Under the pieces are notes generated by a model. That model saw nothing but the letters and a program-made list of their open reading frames with translations. It had not been told where the DNA came from and did not search any database. From positions 160,001 to 224,000 of the forward strand of contig CAVSGP010000005.1 of assembly GCA_963727505.1 (NCBI GenBank): 64,000 nucleotides of DNA, in the 5' to 3' direction. The position numbers were made by a program, and so were the translations under genes. The DNA is from an uncultured Trueperaceae bacterium (GTDB lineage Bacteria; Deinococcota; Deinococci; Deinococcales; Trueperaceae). Each line of letters starts with the position of its first letter. Position 1 is the stretch's first letter. Of the stretch, positions 38,675 to 49,897 are shown piece by piece.

Positions 38675-38706
38675 GTCCGCCCTCCCAGTCTGCGACTCCC
38701 ATGGCC

Positions 38707-38739
38707 AGCATGCCGGGGCTGCGTCTAGGTAGCGTCTAG
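38707..38739 (-). promoter_or_regulatory. SARP-type box B: CTAGACG-CTAC-CTAGACG-N9-CATGCT
   Basis: Same heptamers and spacing as box A. Confidence 0.7.
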
Positions 38740-38767
38740 TCGCGCGCCCGCGGTGCTCCGGGGTACG

Positions 38768-41700
38768 TCACGGCCAGGGCGCGCCGTCCGCCGCCTCCGC
38801 GATCTCGCGGTTGAACTCCATGTCCAGGAAGGCGGCCCGCGCCGTCTCTCCGTCGATCGCGTCGGCCATCGTGCGCAGGCGCTCGCTGGCGCGCCTCGCC
38901 AGCGCCCGCGCCGCCGCTTCTTCGCCCTGGCCGTGACGGACGCGCGCCGCGACCCACGCGACCTGTTGCGGGTGGAGCAGCTCGTCGTCGCGCTTCTCGA
39001 GGAGCGCCAGGAGCTCGTCGGCAGCGGCCGACGCCTGCTCCAGGCGACCCTCCTCGAGATAGGCCAGCGCCAGCTCGCACAGCGCGTTGGCGGAGCTCGC
39101 GTCACGTCCCAGGCGTCGCTCGATGGCCAGCGCCTGGCACAGGTGTTCGATGGCGTCGTCGCGCGCCCCCAGGTGGCGCTCGGCGTCGCCGAGGTTGCTG
39201 AGGGCGGAGGCCGCCAGGAGGTCGTTTCCGGCCCCCCGCGCCAGCGCCAGCGCGCGCAGTGCCGCGCGGCGTGCGTCCTCGTGGCGGCGTCCGTACAGCA
39301 GGGCCGAGGAGCCGTTCAGCACGCACAGCGTCTCGCCGCGCCGGTCGCCGAGCCGCGCGAAGAGCTGCGCGGCGCGCTCCAGCCGCTCGGCGGCTGCGGC
39401 GTGATCGCCCAGCCGCAGGTCGAGCACGCCGCGGTTGAGCGAGACCGCGGCCAGGCCCTGGGGCCTCTCGAGTTCCCGGTAGAGTCTCTCGGCGACACGG
39501 TAGTGCGCCTTCGCCTCCGCCAGGCGCGTCAAGCGGGCGGCGCTCACGGCGCGGTACTGGTGAGCGTCGGCCTCCAGGCTGCGGTCGCCCGTGTCGAGGG
39601 CAAGGCGGAGCACGCGGGCGGTGAGCTCGAAGGCGTCTTCGAAGGCTTCCTCGCCGATGGCGGCCTGCAGGGCGGCGCGCAAGGCCTCCGCCACGAGCTC
39701 GGGCTCGTCGGCTGCGCCGGCTTGCTGGGCCGCGTCGAGGTGCTGGTGGACCTGCTCGGGCCGGCCGGCCGCGAGTGCAACGTGGACACCGAGACAGGCG
39801 GCGGCGAGGCTCAGGCGCCGGTCGTGGATCTGCTCGGCGAGCGCCGCGGCTTCGCTCAGGCGCTCCTCGGCGGCCGACGGGTCGCCGAGCGCCAGATCGT
39901 AGCCGGCCCGCAGCAGCGCCGCGTGCGCCCGCCACGCGGGACGGCCGTCGGCGGTTGCGCGGTCCGCCAGGCGCTCCAGGAGCTCCGCTTCGGCGGCGCG
40001 CCGGCCCAGCTCGCGCAGCAGCGCCACCCGCCTTACGTCGGCATCGAAGGAGGCCTGTTCGTCGCCGAGTGCTTCTGCCAGGGCGCTCATGGCGTCGAGC
40101 TGGAGGCGCTGTTGTTCGCGGTCCCCGCGCCGGCGTGCGGCGTCCTCGGCCAGCCGGTGGAGCTCGATCCGCAGCCGCGGCTCGCGCGCCAGCGTCAACG
40201 ACCAGGAGGCCAGGCTTCGCGCCTCCTCGCCGGCCCCGGCCTCCAGAGCCTCGCGGGCCGCCCGAAGGCCGTGCCGGGCGGCCCGGTCGGGCTCACCCCC
40301 GAGGTCGTAGTGCCTGGCCAGGGTCGCAGCGCTCGCGTCCGACATGCCGACGCGCTCCAGCGCATGCGCAGCGCGGCGGTGGTAGCGGGCGCGGGCGGAG
40401 GGGTCGACGCTCCGGTAGATGGCCTCGCGCATGAGCTGATGGCCGAAGGTGAAGGAGCCTGCGCGCCGTTCGCGCAGCAGGCGGGCGTCGAGCAAGAGGT
40501 CGAGGGCGTCGAGGGCCTCGCGCTCGTCTAAGGCCAGCACGTCGCGCACCGTTTCGAGGCGGAAGCTCTCGCCCACCACTGCCGCTGCCCCCGCGAAGGT
40601 GCGCGCTTCGGGGGTGAGGTGCTCGAGGCGCGCGGTGACCCGGCGGCGCACGCCGTCTGGGACCAACTCGGACCAGTCGGGTCCGGTGCGCGGAAGCATG
40701 GGGGCGCAGGGCGCGGGCGGGGTCGTGGTGTCGACGCCGCCGGTGTCGACACCGCCGGCGTCGGTGGCCGCCTCGTGGAGGAGCTCCGAGATCAGCAGCG
40801 GGTTACCGGCGCTGGCCGCTTCCAGCGCGGCCACCTCCTCGGGTGCTACCGCCGCAGGCTCGAGCCGGGCCAGGAGTGTCGCGATGGCCTCCGTGTCGAG
40901 CCCGGCGAGTGCGATCGCATCGAGGGAGCCGGCCTCCTCCAGCCGGCGTCGCAGGGCACGGAGCGGGTGGCCCGGCCCGAGCCGGTCGTCGCGGTAGGTC
41001 GCGACGATCAAGAGGGGGGCGTCGCGGGCGCGCTGCGCGAGGTGCTCGAGCAGCGCCACGCTCGCTTCGCCGGCGCCCTGCAGATCCTCCAACGCCAGCA
41101 GCAGGGGACGTGTGCCCGCCAGGTCGAGAAGCGCGCGACTGACGGCATGGAAGAGACGGGCGCGCTCCCGGTCGGGCGGCAGCTCCGGGAGCGGCGGTCC
41201 GGCTGGCATCGTCGGTGTCGCCGCCGGCAGCGCCCCCGCGAGCACCCGTCGCCACGGAGCGCTCCTGTCGCCGGCGGCGACCAGCAGGTTGAAGACGGGG
41301 CGTAGCGCCTCCGCTACCGCCTGGTACGGGCTCGCTTCCGGTTCGGAGGTGCCCCCCGCCAGGGCCCGGCCCTCGTCCGTCTCCGCGCGCTGAGCGAGCC
41401 GCCGCAGCAGCCTGCTCTTGCCGATCCCGGCGGGCCCCGCCAGCAGCACCAGACCGCCGCGGCCGGCGCGAGCGCGGTCCCAGCGGTCGCCCAGCGCCGC
41501 GAGCTCGCGCGCGCGTCCCGCGAAGGGGAGTTGCGGCGGAGCGCCGGCGCGGGCGGGTGCCGCCTCGCTCGGCGGGTCCAGCTCGCGAACCAGCGCCTCG
41601 AACAGGGCGCGCGTCTGCTGCATGGGTTCCACGCGGAGCTCGGTGGCCAGCAGGTCGGAGAACCGGTCGTAGACGGCCAGCGCCCCCGCCCGATCGCCGG

Positions 41701-42283
41701 CGCTGTAGCGCACGCGCATCGCCAGCCGCACGGCGTCCTCCCGCAGGGGATCCTCCCGCAGAAGCCGGTCCAGCACCGCCAGCGCTTCCGGACCGCGACC
41801 GGCCCCCAGATAGCGTTCGGCCAGCTCCAGCAGCACGCCGAGCAGCACGGCCCGCAGGCGTTCGCGCTCGACGAGCAGCCACTCGTCGTCTTGGTCCGTC
41901 AGGAGGTGGTCGGCGTAGAGGGCGGCGGCGCGCTCGAGGTCCCCGCGGGCGGCCGCTTCCTCGAACGCGCATGCGTCGACCCACAGGTTGGCGTCGCGCA
42001 TGAGCCCGACGCGCGAGCCGTCGGTGAGGACCCACGTCCCGGCTGTAGGATCGGGCAGCGCCTGCTTGAGGTAGTGGAGGTGGCGCCGAAGGTTGGTGCG
42101 CGCCTGGTCGGGATCGCTGTCGGGCCACAGCGCCCCCGCAACCGTGCGCCGGTCCTGCGGCGTCGGGTGCAGCGCCAGGTAGGCCAGCAACGGACCGGTG
42201 CGCGGCGGAGCGGAGAGCGGGAGGGGCCGCGCATCGACAGCGACCCTGAGCGGGCCGAACAGGTACACCCGCATCCTACCCAT
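38768..42283 (-). CDS. AfsR/SARP-family regulator: OmpR-like wHTH + BTAD + AAA/STAND NTPase + TPR
   Basis: LFGPLRV..LLAYLAL..LWPD..ARTNLRRHL; WVDACAF, DPLREDA (BTAD); FAGRARE, GPAGIGKS, LEDLQ; C-terminal helical repeats. Confidence 0.92.
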   Translation of the reverse strand: MGRMRVYLFGPLRVAVDARPLPLSAPPRTGPLLAYLALHPTPQDRRTVAGALWPDSDPDQARTNLRRHLHYLKQALPDPTAGTWVLTDGSRVGLMRDANLWVDACAFEEAAARGDLERAAALYADHLLTDQDDEWLLVERERLRAVLLGVLLELAERYLGAGRGPEALAVLDRLLREDPLREDAVRLAMRVRYSAGDRAGALAVYDRFSDLLATELRVEPMQQTRALFEALVRELDPPSEAAPARAGAPPQLPFAGRARELAALGDRWDRARAGRGGLVLLAGPAGIGKSRLLRRLAQRAETDEGRALAGGTSEPEASPYQAVAEALRPVFNLLVAAGDRSAPWRRVLAGALPAATPTMPAGPPLPELPPDRERARLFHAVSRALLDLAGTRPLLLALEDLQGAGEASVALLEHLAQRARDAPLLIVATYRDDRLGPGHPLRALRRRLEEAGSLDAIALAGLDTEAIATLLARLEPAAVAPEEVAALEAASAGNPLLISELLHEAATDAGGVDTGGVDTTTPPAPCAPMLPRTGPDWSELVPDGVRRRVTARLEHLTPEARTFAGAAAVVGESFRLETVRDVLALDEREALDALDLLLDARLLRERRAGSFTFGHQLMREAIYRSVDPSARARYHRRAAHALERVGMSDASAATLARHYDLGGEPDRAARHGLRAAREALEAGAGEEARSLASWSLTLAREPRLRIELHRLAEDAARRRGDREQQRLQLDAMSALAEALGDEQASFDADVRRVALLRELGRRAAEAELLERLADRATADGRPAWRAHAALLRAGYDLALGDPSAAEERLSEAAALAEQIHDRRLSLAAACLGVHVALAAGRPEQVHQHLDAAQQAGAADEPELVAEALRAALQAAIGEEAFEDAFELTARVLRLALDTGDRSLEADAHQYRAVSAARLTRLAEAKAHYRVAERLYRELERPQGLAAVSLNRGVLDLRLGDHAAAAERLERAAQLFARLGDRRGETLCVLNGSSALLYGRRHEDARRAALRALALARGAGNDLLAASALSNLGDAERHLGARDDAIEHLCQALAIERRLGRDASSANALCELALAYLEEGRLEQASAAADELLALLEKRDDELLHPQQVAWVAARVRHGQGEEAAARALARRASERLRTMADAIDGETARAAFLDMEFNREIAEAADGAPWP

Positions 42284-42383
42284 CCCCCCTCCGTTGTGGA
42301 TGGCGACACCCTAGCACCGCTTCGTGAAGCACGGCGAGGCAGATGTCGCATCGGCTCGGGGAGCCCTCAGGCGGGCAGCTGGG

Positions 42384-42707
42384 TCAGTTCTTGGAAGGGC
42401 GGGCGCGCTCCAGGAGCATCGCTACCGACACCGGCTCGCGCGGCTGGAGTCCGTCGATGATGCCGCCGCGGGCGACGAAGGCGGCCACCGTCTCGTAGGC
42501 CTGCTGCGCCTCCTCGGCGCTCTCGCTGTCGAACAGCACGGCCTCGCGACCGGACGGCAGGACCGCAACCAGCTCGAGGTAGTCCGGCTCGAGCGTGTCG
42601 TCCTCCGCGCCATCGAGCTCGGTGCCTTCGGGGAAGACCTCCAGCAGCTCGATGCTCTCTACCAGCGCGACGTTGATGAGCTTGGCGTCCAGCGTCCACA
42701 TCCACAC
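42384..42707 (-). CDS. Hypothetical acidic protein (107 aa)
   Basis: AAGGAG RBS before GTG; globular-looking sequence with GC3-biased codons. Confidence 0.65.
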   Translation of the reverse strand: MWMWTLDAKLINVALVESIELLEVFPEGTELDGAEDDTLEPDYLELVAVLPSGREAVLFDSESAEEAQQAYETVAAFVARGGIIDGLQPREPVSVAMLLERARPSKN

Positions 42708-42828
42708 GGTTCCGTCTCCTTGGGGCGCCGCTGGGCCACGGCCGGCGCATGTCATCCGCGGGCCGCTCCGGCGCGTCCGCGCCAGAGCATAGCGCACCGC
42801 CGCGAACCTTCGCACCGGGCAGGCGTTC

Positions 42829-43650
42829 TCACGGGGTCGGCCCCACGCGCTCGATCTCCACGGCCCGGCCGCCGCGCGCCCGGACCAGTACCGCCCCGAG
42901 CTCCGCCGGTCCCTGCGCGAAGCCGCCCCGCCCCCGGACCGGGCGGCGGTGGCGCAGGGCGTCGACGAAGACCTCGGGGGCGTAACCCTGCATGCCGCCA
43001 CCAGGTCCGGTCATCCCCACGTCGCTGACGTAGGCGGTGCCGCCCGGCAACACGCGGTCGTCGAGCGTGGGCACGTGGGTGTGTGTGCCCAGCACCGCGG
43101 CGACGCGCCCGGCCACCGACCAGGCGAAGATCTGCTTCTCGCTGACCGATTCGCCGTGGAAGTCGACGAGCACCAGATCGACCGGCTCCGCGCGCCAACG
43201 CTCGAGCTGTCGCACGAGGGCGTCGTAGGGCGCCTGCACGCCGGGCATGGCGGTCGCGCTGACCAGGCTGACCACGCCCAGCCGGACCCCCGCCCGCGCC
43301 ACCACGACCGCCCCGCGACCGGGCGCCTCGCCGTGGATGTTGAGCGGTCGCGCCACCTCGGGCTCCGCCAAGGCGGCGATGGTCTCGGCACTGTCCCAGG
43401 AGTGGTTGCCGCCGGTGATGGCGTCTACGCCGAGCGCGCGCAAGCGCTCCACGTCGTGGCGCGTCATGCCCGCGCCGGCCACCGCGTTCTCCCCCGTGAG
43501 CGAGGCGTTCTCGGCGTTGGCGACAACGAAGTGGGGGTGCAGCCGTTGCCGGAGGCGGGGCAACGCCACGGCCAGCAGATCGAGCCCCGCATCGCCGACG
43601 ATGTCGCCGATGAACAGCAGGTGGATGTCGCGGTCGGCCGGCGCGGCCAT
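42829..43650 (-). CDS. YmdB/TIGR00282-family metallophosphoesterase
   Basis: FIGDIVG, NAENA, TGGNH, DFHGE..SEK, GTHTHV, DVGMTG. Confidence 0.9.
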   Translation of the reverse strand: MAAPADRDIHLLFIGDIVGDAGLDLLAVALPRLRQRLHPHFVVANAENASLTGENAVAGAGMTRHDVERLRALGVDAITGGNHSWDSAETIAALAEPEVARPLNIHGEAPGRGAVVVARAGVRLGVVSLVSATAMPGVQAPYDALVRQLERWRAEPVDLVLVDFHGESVSEKQIFAWSVAGRVAAVLGTHTHVPTLDDRVLPGGTAYVSDVGMTGPGGGMQGYAPEVFVDALRHRRPVRGRGGFAQGPAELGAVLVRARGGRAVEIERVGPTP

Positions 43651-43733
43651 GGTCGAGTCCAGTGTCGCACGCCGCCGATCCTAGCCTGCGTGTAAGAGTT
43701 CCGTGCACGCCGGGTTCCTACACTTCGGGAACG

Positions 43734-45443
43734 ATGCGACGCCTGCTCTTCCTGGTCGCTCCCCCCGTCTTCTGGAGTGCATACATCGTGGACTTCCCGT
43801 ACCTCTATGGTCACATCGGGGACCACACCCGCCTGGTGGGTCTGGCGTTGGTCGCCGTCACCGCCTGGTTGTGGGGGACCCCCGGCGGGCTCCTCAACGG
43901 CCTGATCGGCCTGGTGCTGAGCGAGGGGCTGATCTCGATCATGCAAGGCGGGGCCTTCACCCTCCCTGCCGTGGCGGGCGGCGACGATCTGTTCAAGGCG
44001 CTCGCCTTCGGTGGCGCGGGCCTCGGGTTCGGCTACCTGCGCAACGCGCGCGACCAGATGGAGCACCATCGCAGCGCCTTCGAGCTGGCTCAGCTCGACC
44101 CCCTCACGGGCCTGCTCAACCGGGCGGGTTTCCACGAGAAGCTCACCGAGGTGTTGGAGCAGGCGCGCGAGGAGGGCACCCTGGTGGCGTTCCTGTTCGT
44201 CGACCTCGACCGCTTCAAGTTCGTCAACGACACCTACGGTCACGAGGTCGGCGACGCGCTGCTCAAGAAGGTCGGGCGGGCGCTGCGCGACAGCGTGCGC
44301 GACGACGATCTGGTGGGGCGCCTGGGCGGTGACGAGTTCACCGTGGCCCTGCTGCACCTACACGATGCCAAGGACGCCAGCCTGGTGGCACGAAACATGG
44401 TGCGCGTGCTGAGCGCCCCGCTGTCGATCGACGACCGCGAGCTGCGCATCTCGGCCAGCGTCGGCGTCAGTCTCTTCCCGCGCGACGGCGATAACGTCGA
44501 GGCGCTCACCCGCAGCGCCGACACGGCCATGTACGAGGTCAAGGACGGTGGCAAGAACTCCTTCCACTTCTCCTCCATGGAGATGCGCTCGCGCGTCAGC
44601 CGCCGGCTCGAGCTCGAGCGCGAGCTGCGTGATGCCATCACGAACCAGGAGTTCGAGCTGGTCTACCAGCCGCAGGTCGAGCTGGATTCGGGCCGGCTGG
44701 TGGCTTTCGAAGCGCTGCTGCGCTGGTCCAACCCGAAACTCGGCAAGGTGTCGCCGGGCGAGTTCATCCCGGTGGCGGAGGAGGCGGGCTACATCGGCAA
44801 GCTCGGTCACTGGATCCTGCGCGAGGCCTGCTTCCAGTCGCGGGCCTGGCAGAAGGCGGGCCTGAGGCCGGTGCGCATGGCGGTGAACGTGTCCACGCTG
44901 CAGTTCCGGCAGTTCGGGTTCCTCGCCACCGTTCAGGGCGCCCTTGCTGACAGCGGCATCGACCCGTCGCTGCTCGAGATCGAGATCACCGAGAGCGTGC
45001 TCGCCAAAGAGTACGAGCTGGCCATGAACACCGTCACGCGGCTCGGCCGCATGGGCGTGCGGACCGCCTTGGACGACTTCGGCACCGGCTACTCCTCGCT
45101 GGCGTACCTGCAGCACCTTCCCATCGCCAGCCTGAAGATCGACCAATCGTTCGTGATGGCGCTCCACAACGCCCCCGGCATCGATCACGTGAGCGCCGTC
45201 CCGATCGTCGAGGCGATCGTGGCGATGGCCCACAAACTGCGTAAGACGATCGTGGCGGAGGGCGTCGAGACCGAGGCACAGCGACGCTTCCTCCAGCAGC
45301 TCGGGGTGGACTACGCCCAGGGCTTCCACTTCGCCAAGCCGATGACGCGCCAGCGGGCAGAGCGCCTGCTGGAGCGCAAGGAGCGCGACCGCACGCCGAT
45401 CCCCGACATGCAGGATCCAACCCCCCTGCTGCTGCTCGACTGA
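43734..45443 (+). CDS. Membrane-bound diguanylate cyclase/phosphodiesterase (GGDEF-EAL)
   Basis: N-terminal TMs; DPLTGLLNR, RDDD I-site, GGDEF, YQPQ, EALLRW, DDFGTGYSSL, AEGVET. Confidence 0.93.
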   Translation: MRRLLFLVAPPVFWSAYIVDFPYLYGHIGDHTRLVGLALVAVTAWLWGTPGGLLNGLIGLVLSEGLISIMQGGAFTLPAVAGGDDLFKALAFGGAGLGFGYLRNARDQMEHHRSAFELAQLDPLTGLLNRAGFHEKLTEVLEQAREEGTLVAFLFVDLDRFKFVNDTYGHEVGDALLKKVGRALRDSVRDDDLVGRLGGDEFTVALLHLHDAKDASLVARNMVRVLSAPLSIDDRELRISASVGVSLFPRDGDNVEALTRSADTAMYEVKDGGKNSFHFSSMEMRSRVSRRLELERELRDAITNQEFELVYQPQVELDSGRLVAFEALLRWSNPKLGKVSPGEFIPVAEEAGYIGKLGHWILREACFQSRAWQKAGLRPVRMAVNVSTLQFRQFGFLATVQGALADSGIDPSLLEIEITESVLAKEYELAMNTVTRLGRMGVRTALDDFGTGYSSLAYLQHLPIASLKIDQSFVMALHNAPGIDHVSAVPIVEAIVAMAHKLRKTIVAEGVETEAQRRFLQQLGVDYAQGFHFAKPMTRQRAERLLERKERDRTPIPDMQDPTPLLLLD

Positions 45444-45527
45444 GGCCGTACCTGTCATGACGGTATGCGCTCGGTAGGATGGAGCGCGGGTGCCGCGGTG
45501 CGGCGCCCTTCGAAAGGCAGGCGTTCC

Positions 45528-46979
45528 ATGACCGACCAAGCTGCCGACATCGGCCTCATCGGCCTTGCCGTGATGGGGCAGAACCTCGTACTCAACATGG
45601 AGGAGCACGGTTTCCGCGTGGCCGTGTACAACCGCACCCGGCAGAAGACGGACGACTTCCTGGCGGGCCCCGCCAGGGACCGCGCCATCGTGGGCACGGG
45701 GAGCCTCGAAGAGATGGTGGGCGCCCTGAAGCGACCCCGCCGCGTCATGCTGATGGTGCAGGCCGGCCGGGCGGTGGACGCCGTCCTCGACGAGCTGACG
45801 CCCCTGCTCCAGGAGGGCGACATCGTCATCGACGGCGGGAACTCCTTCTTCGAGGACACCATCCGGCGCGAGCGCGCGCTGCGCGAGAAGGGCCTGCACT
45901 ACCTCGGCGCCGGCGTCTCCGGCGGCGAGGAGGGCGCCCGCCACGGCCCCTCGATCATGCCCGGCGGCCCGGCACAGGCCTGGGAGCCGGTGAGGACGAT
46001 CCTGCAGGCCATCGCGGCGCAGGTCGACGGCGAGCCCTGCTGCGACTGGCTGGGCGAGGACGGTGCCGGTCACTTCGTGAAGATGGTGCACAACGGCATC
46101 GAGTACGGCGACATGCAGCTCATCGCCGAGGCGTACGACCTGCTCCGGCACGGCGTCGGCCTGACGCCTCAGGAGCTCCAGCGGGTGTTCGCGGGATGGA
46201 ACGAGGGCGACCTCGACTCCTACCTGATCGAGATCACCCGCGACATCCTGGGTACCTACGACGACGACGGGAAGCTCGTTCTCGACGTGATCCTGGACGC
46301 GGCGGGCCAGAAGGGCACGGGCCGTTGGACCGCGGTGACCGCGCTGCACCAGGGCATCCCGGTCACGCTGGTGACCGAGGCGGTGTTCGCGCGCTCGCTG
46401 TCGGCGCTGAAGGAGGAGCGGGAGGTGGCGTCCGAGCACCTGAGCGGACCGGACGCGGCCTTCGAGGGCGACCGCGACGCCTTCGTGGCGGACGTGGGTC
46501 GCGCCCTGTACGCGGCCAAGATCGCGAGCTACGCGCAGGGCTTCATGCTGCTGTCCGCTGCGGCAGCCGAGCACGATTGGTCGCTCGACCTCGGCAAGGT
46601 GGCCATGCTGTGGCGCGGCGGCTGCATCATCCGCTCGCGCTTCCTGCGCGACATCCGCGACGCCTACGCCGCCGATCCGAAGCTCCCCAATCTGCTGCTC
46701 GCCCCCTACTTCCGGGACGCCGTGGTGGGCGCGCAGGACGCCTGGCGGCGCGTGGTGGGAGAGGGCGCGAAGCTGGGCATCGCCATGCCGGCGTTCTCGG
46801 CGGCACTCGCCTTCTACGACGGCTACCGCCGCGGCCGCCTGCCGGCCAACCTCATCCAGGCGCAGCGCGACTACTTCGGGGCGCACACCTTCGAGCGGGT
46901 CGACCGCCCGCGCGGCGAGTTCAGCCACTTCGACTGGACCGGGCACGGCATCGCCACCTCGGGGAGCTATCAGGCGTGA
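45528..46979 (+). CDS. gnd: 6-phosphogluconate dehydrogenase, decarboxylating
   Basis: GLIGLAVMG, DGGNS, SGGEEGAR, KMVHNGIEY, QKGTG, WRGGCIIRS, QRDYFGAH. Confidence 0.97.
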   Translation: MTDQAADIGLIGLAVMGQNLVLNMEEHGFRVAVYNRTRQKTDDFLAGPARDRAIVGTGSLEEMVGALKRPRRVMLMVQAGRAVDAVLDELTPLLQEGDIVIDGGNSFFEDTIRRERALREKGLHYLGAGVSGGEEGARHGPSIMPGGPAQAWEPVRTILQAIAAQVDGEPCCDWLGEDGAGHFVKMVHNGIEYGDMQLIAEAYDLLRHGVGLTPQELQRVFAGWNEGDLDSYLIEITRDILGTYDDDGKLVLDVILDAAGQKGTGRWTAVTALHQGIPVTLVTEAVFARSLSALKEEREVASEHLSGPDAAFEGDRDAFVADVGRALYAAKIASYAQGFMLLSAAAAEHDWSLDLGKVAMLWRGGCIIRSRFLRDIRDAYAADPKLPNLLLAPYFRDAVVGAQDAWRRVVGEGAKLGIAMPAFSAALAFYDGYRRGRLPANLIQAQRDYFGAHTFERVDRPRGEFSHFDWTGHGIATSGSYQA

Positions 46980-47036
46980 GGGCCGCGCCCCGTGCGGGCC
47001 GCGTCGTCCAGCGGGACAAGTGCACGCCGGAAGGCG

Positions 47037-47045
47037 TGCTACACT
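47037..47045 (+). promoter_or_regulatory. Extended -10 (TGcTACACT) for rpoD
   Basis: Directly visible about 170 nt upstream of rpoD. Confidence 0.5.
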
Positions 47046-47119
47046 AGCTGCTTGCGGGTCGCGCTGCCTTCCCGGGCACGGGAACGCCGGGAGCGGGAGC
47101 GCCCCGCGCAGCGATGCCC

Positions 47120-47186
47120 GATTCCAGCGACGATTCCATCGACACCGGATTCCATGACGCGAATTCCATGACGCCGATTCCATGAC
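47120..47186. repeat. ATTCCA(TGAC) repeats x5 in the rpoD leader (spacings 12, 16, 14, 14 nt)
   Basis: ATTCCA starts at 47121, 47133, 47149, 47163, 47177. Confidence 0.9.
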
Positions 47187-47217
47187 AGCACGAGCCAAGA
47201 CCAAACGGGGAGGGACG

Positions 47218-49065
<1,848 letters not shown>

Positions 49066-49082
49066 CGCGCGTCGCGCGCTGA

Positions 49083-49118
49083 GCGAAGGGCCCCGGTCTG
49101 CCGACCGGGGCCCTTCGC
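49083..49118. terminator. Perfect 16-bp stem-loop between convergent rpoD and dedA
   Basis: GCGAAGGGCCCCGGTC-TGCC-GACCGGGGCCCTTCGC. Confidence 0.75.
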
Positions 49119-49138
49119 ATGCGTGACCTCGCACGAGG

Positions 49139-49735
49139 TCACGAGCGCAGGTGTCGGTAGACGTACCACCCCGCAGCGGCCACGACCAGTGCGACGATGA
49201 CCACGTCGAATCGGTGGAACCAGCCACCGAGCGTGTGCCAGTGCTCCCCCAGCAGCTCGCCGATCCAGGCGAGCGCGAGCGACCACACGAACGAGCCGAC
49301 GAACGTGTAGGCGTTGAAGCGCCACAGGTTCATGCGCGTCATGCCGCCCGGGAAACCGATGTAGGTGCGCACCACGGGGAGCATCCGGCCGACCAGGATG
49401 GTGAGGTCGCCGTGCCGCTCGAACCAGCGGTCCGCGCGGTCGAGGTCATCGATCGAGACCAGCACGTACGACCCGTAGCGCTCCAGCAAGGGCCGGCCGC
49501 CCCAAGCGCCCAGGGCGTAGGCGGCCATCGAGCCCACCACCGATCCCGTGGCGCCGGCCAGCGCGACAAGCCACAGGGAGAAGCGGCCGGTGGCGACGAG
49601 GTAGCCGGAGAACGGCAGGATCACCTCGGAAGGGAGCGGGATGCAGGCGCTCTCGATGGCCATGAGCCCCGCGACACCGAGGTACCCGAGACTGGAGATG
49701 GCGTGGGTGATGAAGGATGCGATGGTCGCGAGCAT
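49139..49735 (-). CDS. DedA family membrane protein
   Basis: ESACIPLPSEVILPFSG, WFERHG, GRMLPVVRTYI; AAGGAG RBS. Confidence 0.92.
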   Translation of the reverse strand: MLATIASFITHAISSLGYLGVAGLMAIESACIPLPSEVILPFSGYLVATGRFSLWLVALAGATGSVVGSMAAYALGAWGGRPLLERYGSYVLVSIDDLDRADRWFERHGDLTILVGRMLPVVRTYIGFPGGMTRMNLWRFNAYTFVGSFVWSLALAWIGELLGEHWHTLGGWFHRFDVVIVALVVAAAGWYVYRHLRS

Positions 49736-49897
49736 GGTCGGCGTGACTCCTTGAGGATGGCGGGGTTCCGTTGCCGGGCCGCCGTCGGGGACGCGAGGCG
49801 ACGCCCGCGGGTGAGGATACTCCGGTTCCGGGCGCCGCGTCGGTAGCGCCGAAGCCGGAGCCGGTAGACTGGGCGGGATGCAGCCCGAGGGGGGACG

